NCBI RefSeq assembly: GCF_009914755.1
Contig: NC_060926.1
Strand: one strand, 5' to 3'
DNA from: the human T2T-CHM13v2.0 reference genome, Homo sapiens
DNA: 64,000 bases
Shown: piece by piece, positions 12,471 through 29,035 of the stretch
How the letters are laid out: the number at the start of each line of letters is the position of its first letter
How positions within the stretch are numbered: position 1 is the first letter of the stretch
The notes under the pieces: generated by a model
Told to the model about the DNA's origin: nothing
The model's input: the letters and a program-made list of their open reading frames with translations, nothing else
Database searches by the model: none
Program-made: the position numbers and the translations under genes

Positions 12471-14329
12471 TAAGTTTATAATCAGAAAAAAAAAATTAAG
12501 AGCTTAAAAAAGAAAAAAAAATATGTTTGACTAACTTATAAATAACTATTAACTTGATTTAATGAGTGATCAAATAACATAGTAGTTAAGCAGTGGGTTC
12601 TAGGTCCCTACATCTTGGGTGTTGATTCTACATCTGCCACCGGTGAGGTATTGTTCTTTTTCATTTTAATTATGAAGGAATCAAGAAGATCCAAATGTGA
12701 TGTTTCATTTAAAAAATGTGGACCTGATCTTCAATGAACACTAATATGTTTGTTTAAAGTGAAAATATGTATGAAAATTTTAAAATGCACAATATAATTG
12801 TTGTTTATTGGAAGCGCAAGCAGAACTAATGTTTTTGCCTTTTTTGTTGAGAGAGGCAAAATGTGCTTATTATCAAAGTAGTCCTTTAGGTTTTACATAG
12901 TTATCTGGAAAAACTGGAGATTACATTGCTTTCTTTCCAGAAGACTTCACACTTTTAATCACTACCAATACACGCTGGCCTGATGTGAAACCTGAGACTC
13001 TCATATCAAAAGCTGAGCCTTAGGAAGAAAAGGAAAACAAAACCCTCTCAAATAACTCGTTGCATATAATGCATTCAATTACTGGATATTCTTCTTCTGG
13101 TAATATCTCATTAACCTTATAGATCACAATTTGATGATAATTTTTTACAAAGAAAAATATAGTTTTGTGGGAGAACAATTTACTTTTCCTCCTCCTTTTC
13201 TTGCGTGACCTGACCAAAGACTGAACCCATCACTGAAACTGTGCTGTTTCCACTTTAGTTTATTCCCTGATGTGAAATGATATCATGTTTCCGTTGTTTC
13301 TGGATAAACTCAAGCAGGAACTAAACCTCAACATGTCTTGTGGCTTTGATCTAAGCCTCTGTGTATGGTTCATAAGCCTCAGACAGTGCTCTTGTAAAAT
13401 ATCTACAAACTGTATTTCTTATAAAACTTTTAGGCTTTATTGAAGTGAATATGGTGAATTTCATGCCTTGATCAGTCTCTGCTTTTCCAAATGCTTGACA
13501 TGAAAGGAATATAACCTGCCTATCATATAAATAAATTTTTTTAAGAAATATATTTTTTCCCTTACAAACTCGAATTTAGCATTTTTTTCATGAATGTAAC
13601 CCTGTTAACCCATAGTTTTTATAATTTTTGTTATTGTCTTTCTATATCTCAACATCACTGACACTTGTCCAAACAGCTCAATAGTCTGATTTTAAATAAA
13701 ATCAATAAAATGTTAAATAACAAAAAAAAACCTCTCTTGGTTCAAATGTCATCAAGTAACTTTTTCATATTGTTCTTGTCTGACATTAAAGTTAAAAAGC
13801 AGATTTAATCAATAACGTATAGTGAATGTTCAGCTCTCTGAGGTCAGATTTGGGAGGCAAAGAGTCACCGTGAGTGGCTGCTCAATTCTCCTTCCTTTGT
13901 GTTCCTAGTCAGTTCTAGATGTCATTATAGACATCATATCAAATCCTTGGAGACACAATAAATCTTACCTGTCATCTCATCTAGAAGGCTTCTTTACCAG
14001 TGTACTACCTCCTCACCTTCATACCAGAGACATTCATTATGTAACTCAGATTAGCACTTGATAAATAGTTCACATATCACCCATATAGAAATATGTTTAC
14101 ATTTACCCTTTCTTGTCTTCTCCCAGCCTAATATACACACAAACATATATAGAACCATGTACTATTTGGTATATGCCCTATATTTTATCCTTGTATTTTA
14201 ATGATGAATTAAGGGACGCATAAAGGGATTTTTGTTGAAAGAAGATGTAGCAGTCCTTGAACTCCTAATAAAAGTTAAAATTGAATAAAATTTATAATCA
14301 ATTAAAATGTTTAGAAGTAATATGAGATA

Positions 14330-14782
14330 TATTTCATGTGGCCTACCCAGTATTTATTTTCCCTTTCTTCCTTACCAAGAGAACTCCAATTTTGCTCAAT
14401 ATGGTAACGTGCCCACCTAAAATTACCTACCCCCCATACTCCTTTGTAACTATGAAAGCACCTTTATGGCTAAGTCTATAATATTTCTTGATATGAAAGG
14501 TAAGAGTTCATTGGAAATTCATTGCTTTTCTGCCTTTTCCTTCTTTGAACTCAGGCATGGTGCCTAGATGTTCACCAGCCAGTCTGTCCTATAAGAATGA
14601 AAGCCAGACATTAAAGATGGCAGATAACATACATCAAACCCTCTTTAATGGCATGATGGGAGGCCCCCATGCCAATCCTGAGTTATCTACCTCTGATTTC
14701 TTCCTATGAAAGAAAAAAAATGGCCAAACCACTAGATTCAAGTTTCTATTGCATGCAACCAAACACACTCCAAAATAACTAA
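14330..14782 (+). mobile_element. MLT1J-like LTR
   Basis: ccctttcttcctta..agaactccaatttt...taaagatggcaga...ctacctctgatttc...tattgcatgcaaccaaacac. Confidence 0.65.
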
Positions 14783-14800
14783 AATGTATATTTAAAAGGA

Positions 14801-15419
14801 GGAAAAAGGAATGTTTACGCGCTGTTGGTGGGAGTGTAAATTAGTTCAGCCACTGTAGAAAGCACTTTGGAGTTTTCTCAAAGAACATAGAACTACCATT
14901 TGATCCAGCAATCTCATTACTGGGAATATACCCAAAGGAAATTAAATCATTCTACCAAAAAGACACATACACTTATGTTCATCACAGCATTATTTATGAT
15001 AGCAAAGACATGGGATCAACCAAGATGCTCAGCAACAGAGGAATGGAAAAAGAAAATGTGGTACCATAGATACTACACAGCCATAAAAAAGAATGAAATC
15101 ATTCCCTCTGCAGCAACATAGATGCAGATGGAGACCATTATCCTAAGCAAATTAATGCAGAAACAGAAAACCAAATACTGCATATTCTCACTTACAAATG
15201 GGAGCTAAATATTGAGTACACACAGACACAAAGATGAGAACAATAGATACTGAGGATTACTAGGGGCTAGCAAGGGTTGAAATGCCACCTATCAGGTACT
15301 ATGCTCACTAGCTGGATGACAGGATCATTCATACCCCAAACCCCAGTACATGCAACTTAGCCATGTTAACAAGCCTGAACGTGTACCCCCAGACCTAAAA
15401 AAAAAAGTCGATAAAAAAA
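14801..15419 (+). mobile_element. 5'-truncated L1 (L1PA15/16-like 3' end)
   Basis: ORF2 end (MFITALFMIAKTWDQPRC), 3'UTR gcaagggttgaaa..cctatcaggtactatgctcacta, A tail. Confidence 0.88.
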
Positions 15420-17049
15420 TTAACCAGTAAAGTCTTACAGTGACAGTCCTATAACTCAAATTTCTGTCTCCTCAAATTTTATTTGAATTTTCCTGGCTGG
15501 AAGCAAAATAGTGAAACCTTTTTTTCAGTTAGCAGGTTTCCTGGTAGGCAAGTTTAGGAACAAAAATGGTAAGTTGAACTTCTTCCTATTTTATAAAAAA
15601 TGAACACAAATTTCATAGGTTAATATAGATAATAATTGATCTATCCATATTAAAAATTTAATGCAGATTTTATAATTTTATACATTCTGTCTCTTATTAT
15701 TAACAAGGATTTACCGTCTTTTAGACAAAATAAGATTTGAAAGGATTTGAATGTTCATATAGTCATGAATGTCTTTATCTTCCAGGTATTTCTTCTCTAT
15801 GGAGAAGTGAAACACACTTTGTCTATAACTATACATACGTTTTCCAGTATAGCCCAATTTCAATAATGCTTGCATGCCATGTGCCCTGATTTAAAAAAAT
15901 CATTATATGCTTCATTATTTTATAAAACTCTCCCTGTGAACTATATCATATTTGAAATGAATTATAGGGTCCTTTGGGTTTTGTTTCTTTTTCTTTCACT
16001 CAGTAAAACAAATTATTTTAAAGTTTTATTCCTTTACACACTTTAGGAATTCTATTTTTCTTTTTGCATGTGGATCCTTTGCCCTCTTTTTTTTAACCTA
16101 AGTTATCCCCTTGCTCAAAGCTTTTAATACCCCTTCCTCCAGTCTCTGTCTGATACTCAATGCCTTCTACAGCATAATCCTATAATGATACAAAGGGGAA
16201 AGAGTCAGTTGGAAAAGTCTTATACTTCTCCCTTTTCTTTCTTGGAACATAGGCATTATGCCTTGATGTGCAATAGTCAGTTTGTGCTACAAGCAGCTTC
16301 TCAATTATGTCTCCTCCTACGTTCCTGTGCAAGAGGAGGCTGGATCTAGGCATTCTAAAATGGTAGAATGCAAATTGCATTTATTTCTAAAGGTTCATTT
16401 TCGAGGCAGCTCTGAGTCCATAATGTTTATGAAACCCCTTCGTAGTGGAGCTCTAAAGACCTATTAAAGATACAAAACTTTTTGAGGTCCTTGGAGACCT
16501 GTGTGTTTGGAACAGAGATCTGTTTTATTGCCAGATTATGGAGCTAAGATACAGGGAGAGTGAAAGGCATGTCTCTAAATTATATGCATGTCAGTGGAGA
16601 TGTTACAAATCACCTCCCAGCTGATTGGTCTCCAGCTTGATAGTTCCATTCTCCAAACCTAATCTTAAATGCACTATTACACAGTTACAGTCTTGATGCA
16701 TATGGATGTTTTAGGGCTTTCTGGGGATTATCTATGTTGGGTCTGAGCAAAATTTTGTGATACAGATAAATGTTACTCCTACTAGGCCATTGATGGGGAG
16801 TTAGAGATTTGTTAGTGTGGATGAGATGATCAATTGTGATAGACCCTGGATGGATGTGATTGTGTGTTCTTACTGGAATGAAGGCTGGACAGTCAGTAAG
16901 AGAAGACTCAAGCTCAAGTAAGACTGAGCATCACAACAATGTCCCTTGAAGGAGTCTTTTATTTTGTCCCATATTTGACATTTTTTCTTGGCTGCGATTT
17001 CAATGCCTTTTAAGGGAAAGCACAGAAAATATAATTTCTTTTCTTTCTC

Positions 17050-17478
17050 TTTTTAGGATCTTCATTGAGACATTTTCTTTAAAACAAAAGTCAGATTAAC
17101 CAAAGAAAAGCAAACAGAAGTTTATTAATGCATGTTGTACTCATTACATGGCAGAGGCCTCAGTTCAGAAGTATTTCTCTCTCAAGGCAATGACTTAGGG
17201 GCCTTGCTTAAACAGTATTTTAACAAACAGCCATAAATACTATATAGTGACAAGCCTAAGAAGAGAGTAACTTTAGGCTTCCAAAAGGTAGGAAAATGTG
17301 GGAAGGTAAATTTTTGGGAAGAGAAGAGCCTGCTCCTGGGTCCTCTCGTGCTGCTTTCTGTGAGTTCTGTTTCTGATCTGATACAGGCAGAGGAGGGACA
17401 GAGTGTGCCCATGTGTTTAATTTTTTTTAGGTCCACAATTCCCAGTATTTTAGAGAGGATGATTTTGTTTTTCCTTAA
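17050..17478 (-). mobile_element. ERV1-class LTR fragment (MER31/MER67-like)
   Basis: aaaagtcagattaac..aagaaaagcaaacagaagtttattaa (AATAAA on minus strand) and related LTR-like text; family uncertain. Confidence 0.45.
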
Positions 17479-20004
17479 CTTTCTTAGGTATCATGGCAGA
17501 GGTTGAGTACACAGGCTTCCCTGTCCTGCCTTACAAGTTCTTGCTGGCCTGTGCTTCCCCAACTTCTTCAACCCACCAATACCATCCTTTCCTACCTCAA
17601 ATAAGAAAAAAACTACCTTGTCTTGTTTCACAAGGAAACTTACGTCCTAGTACCAGTTACTCAGAATCACTTGCAGAAAACAAAAAAACATTATCTAGTT
17701 CCTAGATAACATGGGGAGGCTTAATCATTCAGTTTCCTCATGAGATATATATGTATGTTCTCCATTTAAAATAGGTGATTATTTCTATTTTGCCTCATTT
17801 AAGCTATGTGGTCTATATTGCCCCTTAAGGGCCAAGGCAGAAAAGAAATGGGGGGATGGAGCCATTTGTCTCAAGGGACATCCATTTGTTTTGAATCCTT
17901 AAAGTCCCAGTGCTAAGGATTCTGAAAATGTTCTTGATATGGGAAACCTCCAGGCTCTAGCCTTCTCTTGCAGAATCAGCCAGAAGCCTGGGAAAATCTG
18001 AGAGGGAAGGATGAAAATAAAGGAAGGATGACTACTGCAGAGGCATGCAATGTTTTTTGGGTTTTTTTTTTTTTTTTTTTTTTTTTGTGGTTGACATAAT
18101 AAAACATCAGGAACAAGAAACACGGCACACAACCCATGATGGAGACACCAAAAAGCCCCAAATTGGGGCATTCCCCATTCCTGACTATGGAATTTAGTAT
18201 TTAAGAGTCTCACAATCCCCAAGGTTCCACAGTGTAATCCTTATTATTGGATCCAGGAGTTGGCAGTTGTTTCCCTTTTGTTTACAGATCAGTTATTCCA
18301 TCCATGGCCTCAGGGATGTGAGTAATCCTGTAACAAAGAATTCTGGGAGTGGTTAAAAGTCATGGCTGGCCAACATTTCAATAAGCTTGAGGTGCCTTCA
18401 GCGAAGGGCAGGGCATAGACCAGTGGGCTTCTAAAAGGCCAGGCAGAAGAATCCAAGGGATCTGAGTCTTCATTCTCTGGAGTGACTGCTGATTACAAGC
18501 ACATGGCACAGAATTGTGACGGGACCCCTGGGGACAGGTCTTGAATGAATCCCTTTTATACTTCTCTCCACAGTTTATGACATCTAGGTTTAGGAAAGCA
18601 GAGTGTAGATGGGAAATGTTAGAAAAAGCACAGGATGCTCTTTTTTTTTGGAGTGTTTTAGATACTTTACTTGAGAATGCTGCACTGTAAAAGCCAAGCC
18701 AGGCCAGTGAACTAGAAGATAAAATTTCCTCTTTCTTTGTTCATTGCATCTCATGCAGAAGTGCTGCTGTCTTGAAGTCTGGCATAGGCTCTGCTCTATA
18801 TGGCCTTGCTCTGCTCAGAGGGCATTGGCTATAAATGGAAAGGGGTGTGGGAAGTTTAGAAAAAGCTCACTGGGTTGATATTTCTTTCACAATCCTTTGT
18901 TTAAGTCCTAGCCAAGAAAACCCCTGGAGGAAGGGCAGGGGACCTAAAGGTAATGGGCTCTGCAAAGAACCAAATGTGCAGTTATTCTTTTTGACTTGCT
19001 GTGGGCATTAGGGCTGTCAGCCAAACTCCTGGAGGCCTTGGAAGAGAAAGTAGTTCTAAAGCTCTGTTTCTCCTTAATCTGTCTCAACAAAAAAAAAAGA
19101 AAGAAAAGAAAAAGTCTGACATTCAAATTGTAAAAACTTTTTCTCAGCTTCAACTGGGGGAGAGTAAAGAAGGTTAAAAGTCAGCATTCATTCCATTCTT
19201 GAATGTTAAGAACATCTTTACAATCCTGCTGAGAGCAAGCACAAATGGATCTTAAAGGTCACATATGTTAGCAGTCTGATGTTGACATAAAGGCAGCCAA
19301 TTTTGATAGCTTTACAGATGGCTCCTGGTTGACATTCCTACCCAGATTCTCCATGAACTGTTCTAGACCTGAAAAGCCTATGACAGAATGGGAAGGGGAC
19401 CGTGGAATGAGAAAGGAGGCATAAAGCTTTGTGCCTGCTCTAGGCTTCCAGGCCCCAGTTCTCCCATAGAACTTTCAGCAAAACCAGGGCAAGACCTTCC
19501 ATAACAGTGCATTATACTACATTTAATTTCCATTATAGTGTTTCAATGTATACAATGCTATGTGTGTAAGTTTTAATCTATACACTAGGACAAGTACCCC
19601 AATCAAGAATATATAATTCAGGGTTAGATAGTTAGCATTTTAAATACCTGAATTAAGAATTCACACACCAGAGAAAGTTAACAGGGAGGAGCTTTAAATA
19701 ATTCTACTTTAATCTGCCTTAGAGAGTTGATTATTTTTCATAAGGAATGGTAGAAGTCCTTGATGGCCTAGACAAAATAGGCAGCTCAGCTCTTGTATTA
19801 ATGGAAGAAAGGACCTGGCTGGATAATATCCTAGGCTTGGAATTTGTACTGGTCTTGTGCAAGGCCACCTATAGATAATTCTGCCCTGACTCTGATTAGA
19901 TTAACAGAATCCTGACACTAAGGTAGTATCGAATATGCCTCAGACGAGCTTTTCATGTAGGTCCTTCCTGGTATGCCTAAACCTCAGAACTCACCAGTTC
20001 ATAG

Positions 20005-20718
20005 TGTTAGAGTGGGTAGCTAAGCAGACATGAGCAGGGCAGGAGATGGTACCCCCTCCCCAGGAATGTCAGGTGACCATCACGTGATGGTCAGCGGGTT
20101 GTTAAACTGTCTGTCTAAAACAATAATTGGTCGAAGCTGGCACTAGGGAAAGGCAAACTCTCAGTAGGTGGAAAACACCTGATGCTGGTTATCAGCGGCT
20201 TCCTAATAAGATCTCAGGAGTTGGGTGAGCAGCCTCAGCATGTACACTAAGAGGCAAAATGGCAGAGTTTAACTGGTATATGAACTTCCTTTAGGAACAC
20301 TGGACTGGTAAGGGAAAAAATACCTCAAATGAGCATGTGCACAACTTCAGTAAACACATACACATTTCACACGTAGCCCCTCCTAAGTGCTGGCAGGCCA
20401 CTGTGCGTGCATCCTGCCTGCCCCAAGGAAAACTCAAGGGAGGAGACACACAAACCCTGGAACCATTCCAATGTGTAAAAACTCCATGTCAAGGGTCTGA
20501 CTGGGTACTTGGATCTCTCAAGTCATCTGCTTGACTCTCTTCCAAGTTTACTTTACTTCCTTTTGTTCCTACTCAAAAACTTGAAAAAAAATGTTCACTC
20601 CTGCTCTAAAACTTGCCTTGGTCTTTCCTTCTGTCTTGTGCCTCTCAGCTGAAATTTTTCCTCCAAGGAGGCAAGAATCATGTTTGCTACAGACCTGTTG
20701 GATTCACCACTGCTAATG
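20005..20718 (+). mobile_element. MER50 solo LTR (ERV1)
   Basis: Starts tgttagagtgggtagctaagcagacatgagcagggcagg; 4-bp TSD atag at 20001-20004 and 20719-20722; homologous to 63269-63950. Confidence 0.88.
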
Positions 20719-21351
20719 ATAGAACAGATTATATGACACTTTTGTGCCTGCTTACTACTAAATGTTATGTAAATATGCCAGAATTCGTTCTAAGTTTCAT
20801 TTATTATATCTTATCATTTAATATGTATAAACCCAGGTTAGGGGTACAAATGGAGGCCCACATACCATAGCTTTAAAGGTTTAAAATTATAAATCAAGTT
20901 GGCAAACTTTAAATTATGTTTTTCCTTCTACCTTGACAACACTGAAACACTATTTATTAATGTCATCTGAGAAGAAGAATGTAATAAATTGACTAAGTTG
21001 CCTTTTCTCTTAGTGAAGTGTTTTTACTACTCAAATCCTCTTCACACTCATAAGTACTTTTAATCATGGATTGACAGCAGCAGAGCCCACAGATCTTCAC
21101 AGGATTAAGATAGTACTGCTTTTTGATGTGAGAATTTTGGGTAAGAAAGAGGAGAAAGCATTTCTGTGAGACCTAAATGGCATCCTTGATATGTGAGTCT
21201 CTCTAAGGAGCAAGTTTCAGGAATGGTGCTTCTCTTGCATAGGTCTAGGAAGGTACTGCTTTGAAGTCACAGATATCTAACAAAAATAAAAATAAAAAAA
21301 CCTTCAAGTTGTGAAGAGCTGAATTAGCTGAAATCAATTATAAACATTTAT

Positions 21352-21620
21352 TGTGGCAGATACTGGAGATGCCCCAGTTATATCCCGTTGGTGTCCCCTC
21401 TTCCATGCATTCAGCTCTTAAAGCTCTTACTGTCTTACTGTCAGTGTCTACACTTTGAGGACATCTGGCACTTGCCCTTGCCTAGGGCAGACAAAAATTC
21501 TGGAATCGATGCCTTTGTAAGTGTTCTGAACTAGTGAATGAGAGTTGATGGATAAATATTTTAGCTTCCTTGTTCTTTGGGTGTGACGACTGTGAGCTTA
21601 GTCTATAATATATTTCAAAG
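21352..21620 (+). mobile_element. LTR16-like (ERVL) fragment
   Basis: tgtggcagatactggagatgcccc start; gagttgatggataaatattttagcttcct motif. Confidence 0.6.
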
Positions 21621-21639
21621 AAGAATACATATATAAACA

Positions 21640-23225
21640 ATAAAAACTGCAAGGTAAAATCAGAAAACTATCAATAAAAAATAGACAATTACCACCAAAC
21701 TGCCCATACAACATAAGAAGTAAGTGGAACAAGAAATATGTTGAATTTCTATGAAGTTAATAATGTCTTTTAAAAAACTCAAACAAGGTAGAATGACGAG
21801 TTGAGATTAACAGTATTGAAAAGATGCCAGTTTCCTTCAATCAAATTCCTAATAGTTGTTTTTAATAGACTTGAAATTTTTTATTTTTAAATGTATCCGA
21901 AAGAAAATCCATAAACAGTTAAAAACTAGTGGAAAACACAGTTTGCCAGTGGGTAATGAAAGTAGCTTTTCCTTAGTGCATACTATAAAATGAATTTATA
22001 ACTAAAATCATGTGGATTGGCATAGTCATAAACAAGTAGAATAGCCATAAGCATATATATTTATTTATAATAAAAATTACATTTAAAATCTATTGAGAAA
22101 GAAGTTTTTACGGAAGGCTCTAAGTCCAAGATTCCTACACAGATTTCCCAGGCACCATTATAGATGTGGAATCAATGATAAAATGGGCATTTTACTGCTG
22201 TTTGGGCAATTTTAAAGCTATGTATTTTAAAGTAAAGAAAATTTACCTCAGAAATACAAAGAATATATTCTAGATAGAGGAATAAACTAAGAATTAAAAT
22301 TTTAAAAAACATATCCATTTCAGAAGAAAATACAGAAGAGTGTACTTTAATACTGGTTGAGCTTTGCATCCAAGCTATCTGGGTTAAAATCCTGGCTTTT
22401 CCAAGTCCGATCATGTGACCCTGGGAAGTGATCTCTTTTTGCCTAATCCTCTTCTCTGAATTGGTGATCATATTAGTATCTACTCATAAAATTGTCATAT
22501 AGATTATATGATTTATGAGAAATGTAATGCAAGGACAGTTCTTAGTTAATACTAAGTTCTATTTGATTTTGAAAATAAAATAGAAAGATATCTTACTAGT
22601 AATGACAGTAATTAAAATACAATAACAATGATGTTATATAAATGATTGGTAATATCTAATTTGATATAGATGCAAGTAATTAAGCAGTCATATATTGGTT
22701 AAATATAAGTAAAATGGAACTAGTATTTTGATGGGAAATTTTAAAAAATTTGCAGCAATATACCCTTTGACCCAAACATTTCATTGTTAGGAGTCTGTTT
22801 TGGGGAATCACATGCAGATGTTCATTGTCACTTTTCATAAGAGCAAAATGGCAAACAATTTAAAAGTTACTCAATTAGGGAAGATTAAATTAATTATGGT
22901 AAATCATATGCTATTCAGACACTAAAAATATTTGAGTAGATACATATATACTGAAGTTGGAAATACCAAGATATAGTCAAGTTAAAGCTCAGGTCAAATT
23001 ACAATATGTAGTGTATAATCTCATTAATGCCACAGAGCAAACAACATGTAAGTATGGACTTGTACAGAAAAGTAATGAACTGATAAACACCAGTTAACAG
23101 CAGCCAGTTGTCTGAGGTTAGAAAATCAGAGTGAATAAGGACAGTGACAAAACATTCACATACTACTTGATCATTGACTGTGTAACACTTCCATACTATT
23201 AAATTTTTAAATAAGCATTACAGTA
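21640..23225 (+). mobile_element. Old L1 (L1ME-like) fragments
   Basis: taccctttgaccca..atttca, gatgttcattg, aattatggtaaatcat 3' ORF2/UTR motifs, heavily diverged. Confidence 0.55.
22335..22560 (+). mobile_element. MIR
   Basis: ctgggttaaaatcctggct...tgtgaccctgggaagtga...tagtatctactcata. Confidence 0.7.
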
Positions 23226-23699
23226 AACGTTATGAAAATAAATGAGAGGAAGACTTTATGAAAGATATGTTACTTCATTTGTGTCTTACAACATAGTTAT
23301 GTTGTGTTTTGAAGAGACAAGGTAGAAATGAGATTCTGGGCAGGAATAAACATGGCAAGTGGGTCTGCAAAAGCATGAGATACTAGGCTGAGGACAACCC
23401 TCTACCTATGAGACATGGCTATAGAAGTAAAACCTAGAAAGCTGTACAGGAAAACAATTCTGTCTTCTAAAATCCAGTCTTTGAAAAGGTCTATATAATT
23501 CTGAAAATTAAATATTAGAGGGAAATCAATTTTAAGTGTATATTGTTGAGAAATTATTTTGTCTGTGGTCTCCTCAATATCCTTAACAGCCTTATTTCTT
23601 GCCAGCAGAGTCTGTTTTTTATTAGTTTGTTTGCTTTTATGCATTTATGGAAGGTGAACCCTTTTAACTAGCCCCAGAGGGCAAATGTTGATAAGTTTA

Positions 23700-24066
23700 A
23701 GTAAATCCTGGAAATTCTGTATGTTGTCAATCACTGATTTAAGCAAAGATATGGGACACAACTCTGGACTAAGAAAATCTGCCAGGGAGTTTCTGTGAAA
23801 TATTTCCTACCCTGAAAAGTTTATATTTCCTTTGGAACATGGGTTGTCGGGTAATGGTTGGAATTTCTGCTGCTATCTTGCAATTATGAAGAAAGTTGGG
23901 AGAACTGTGGAGAAGAGCCAGAACCCTGGCATCTTTGAGCTATTATATTAACTAAATCTAGAAATCCCTAGCCTCTAGAATTTTCCTTATATGGGAAATT
24001 AAATTTTTCTCATTGTATAAGTTTTTTTATTTGGTATTCTATTACTCATGGCTAGTAACTAATTCA
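23700..24066 (+). mobile_element. MLT1J/K-like LTR fragment
   Basis: gctgctatcttgcaattatga...cctctagaatttt...ttggtattctattact. Confidence 0.5.
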
Positions 24067-24113
24067 TATATAAATGGAAAAAAAAATGAGCTCACTCTAC
24101 GAGATTCAATTTA

Positions 24114-24378
24114 TTTATTCGTTTATTTTTGAGACAGGATCTCACTCTGTCACCCAGGCTGGAGTGCAGTAGTGCAATCTTGACTCACTGCAACCTCCAC
24201 GCCCTGGGCTCAAGTGATCCTCCCACTTCAGACTCCTGAGTAGCTGGAACACAGGCATGCACCACCACACCTAGCAATTTTTTTTTTTTTTTTGGTAGAG
24301 ATGGGGTCTCACCATGTTGCCCAGTCTGGTCCCAAACTCCAGAGCTCAGGTGATCCCATGAGCCACCATGCTCAGTCA
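24114..24378 (-). mobile_element. AluJ with deletion in left arm
   Basis: ctgggctcaagtgatcctcc; lacks the cccaaagtgctgggattacagg block; 11-bp TSD gattcaattta at 24103-24113 and 24382-24392. Confidence 0.88.
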
Positions 24379-26799
24379 CATGATTCAATTTAGACGCTGG
24401 AATTTGTATATTTGGTGCTAACCACCACTTCTTACACTTGGCTTACATTAGCCAGGTATAATAAGCTTTTAGAAAATGAGATAATACCTATTATTTTGAA
24501 AGATAATTTTCAACAAAATTGTATATATTAGAACATGTATTCAGAAAATAAATGGACAATGTAGGCAAATAAGTAATAGTGATTTTCTAATGTCTAATGA
24601 CAAGTAATTGAATCTATATTTGTATCTTATATGTACATAGCTCCAAGTTTGTTTTACATTTAATTAAAGTTCCCAGGCTTTTAAAACGTTCCTTTATTAT
24701 TAGTGTCATCTGTTTCCTTCACAATTATTTAAATTTGCTATTTGTGTTCTTAATTAACTTTACTTAAAACATGCTTAGAATGACTTACATACTGATACAA
24801 ATATCCTTTGTAATATTGCCTGTTCTGAATCAAGCATCATGCTTTATCATTGTCTTCTCTGAAATAATCATGTCCATTGAATTTATTTAGTATAATGCAA
24901 GCTTTTTCATTCCAGGAGATTACCATGTAAACCATGTAAGTGGTAAATACATATCTAAAAGCAGACAAGATAATATGTTCTAATAAATTTTAGGAGTCTA
25001 ATCTTCATTCTTCATTTTTTACTACAAATGTTGATATTACTTACTTTGTACCTAATTATGTTCAGGATCTTGTGTTGGGTGTTTGGAGGGATAAAAAGTT
25101 TAATAAAACACAACTCTTGTCCTCAAAGTTGTACATATTTCAAAAGGTAAGTTAAAATTTGTATGTTACTTTATATTATGTTATAGACCTATCTATATAT
25201 CAGATACACCTAAAACAGAAAAGCTTTTTTTATGCTCATTTTTGGAAAGTACTATTTAGAATTCAATGTAGGTAACGTAAAAAATAAGGTAATATTTAAT
25301 TATGGTACTAATACCATTTAAATTAATAACTACTACTTATTTAATGAAATTTCACTTTTTGGACTTCATGAACTCAGTTCACTGATTGTGTAGTTATAGC
25401 TCATAAATATTCTAGGGAATTGACAGTTTTAATTCCTTTCTAAAGAATCTTCTCTAAACATTTTCATTACAAGGGCAAGCCAAGTTTTCTTAATTTTCAT
25501 TTTATTTAATAGAATTTAACTCCCCTTTGCCTTTCCTTTCTTGATAGTTTTAGCCATGAATTAAAATCTTTATCCTGCTGCTTGTGCAACAGTTTGTATT
25601 ATAAGCAATATTGTCTTGCATAGCTTTTCAAATCTTTATTTCATTTATTGGTCCCTCTTTTAAATCAGTTTCTACAAATGTACTGAATTTTAAAATTCAG
25701 CTTATCCTTTTGAGCTGTGCAATAGTGGGTTCTAGATATACAGATATCTAGATATACAGGTCTGTAGCCACAATAGAATAAAGCTAGAATATAATTGCTT
25801 GCTTTCTAAAGTAGGCTCTTGAAAGAATGCACATATAGGCAAAAATACATGGTTTGTAAGGAGTTGAATCTACAACTTATTTTAGGCAAATCATATTAGA
25901 TTTGATAAAACATCGTTAGAGAAAATAAGGTTAAATAGTGTGACACAATTATTTATTCATTAACTTTTAGTAGTAGTTGATACTCATTAATAACATTTAA
26001 TTTATTTGCTTGCTATTTATTTATTAAAACCTGACAGGGTATCAGGGTGTATTCTTGGCCCAGGAGTTACAAAGATCAGAAGACATAGTTGTCACATAGG
26101 GAATTTTGGCCAGATTTATAGCTATGTAGAAATGTATACTATTCACCAATAATGACTACTTTGCATAATGTAGTGACTTTAAAATAGAAACACAGTCATA
26201 GGCTTATATCATTTACTATTTCTTATATTGCAACCAGTACACATTTTGATGTAGTCATAATTGTGGACAAGGGCAAATGTTAAAGATCCCTTCATTCTTA
26301 CTGTGACAGGCCTTTGAGAGCTACACTTCCCTGAATGTATTTGCTGTTCCTTAGGCTTTACTCAGCCTCTCTTAGTTTTCTTTTTTTCTATTCCCCCAAT
26401 ACACTTTGGCTAAATTGTCACTTAGTAAATTTACCACTTCATTTCTCCAAGTACCAATTTTTTAAATTAAAACCATTAACTTGGACTTCTTTTCTATACT
26501 TTAGTTACTCAGAAGTAGAAACTTTGTTTAAAAACAATATTGTCATAAATTTGTATCATTATCAAATTTGTTCACGTATGTTACATTATTGGATCTCTTG
26601 AATAGAAGTGATTGGATAAATGATGCACTTTTCTGTGTTGGTTTCTGAATGTTGGAAGTTCTCCTATATACAATTTAGCTCTCTCTTTAAAGTATAGCAC
26701 ACTTAAAATCTCTGGGACTATTCTTCTCATACTTCCTTAGTATAAGAGAATAAAATGCAGCAGGATTGATTCATGGGCTTGAATTTCTTTTTGGGACAG

Positions 26800-27130
26800 C
26801 CTTTTGGCTGTCCATGTATCAAGACCTTGGAAATGAAACAGACAGGGAAGATAAGACTATGCTCATATGAAGATGGAATCTTGAAGAAGAGGGGTGGGAA
26901 ATAAACAATAAACAAACAAATGAGATGATTTCAGATAGTGATAAACATTATAACATAATTAATTCGTGCCAATCAGAGCATAACAGTGGTGTGGTGGCTG
27001 TGGAACAGATAGCAGACCTCTTAGGATGAAACACAGCAAAAAATGGGTCATATAAAATGAAGCTGGAAAGATAGGCAGGGGCCTGATGGGGAGCACTTAA
27101 TATTTAAACATAGGCCTAAGTCTAAAGTAA
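26800..27130 (-). mobile_element. L2 fragment
   Basis: acaataaacaaacaaatgagatgatttcagatagtgataa is a typical L2a reverse-strand motif. Confidence 0.55.
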
Positions 27131-27199
27131 ATGTGAAGACAAAGAGGAAAGCATGTCATATAAATGTTATATAGTCGGGTGAAATAGAAATAATGCAAA

Positions 27200-29035
<1,836 letters not shown>

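Noticed and set aside
18820-18840. attgg plus tataaat promoter-like words
   Set aside because: Spacing is wrong for a CCAAT/TATA promoter, with no CpG island or downstream exon support
25731-25759. tctagatatacag duplication with apparent hairpin
   Set aside because: A simple 16-bp tandem duplication of a self-complementary word explains it
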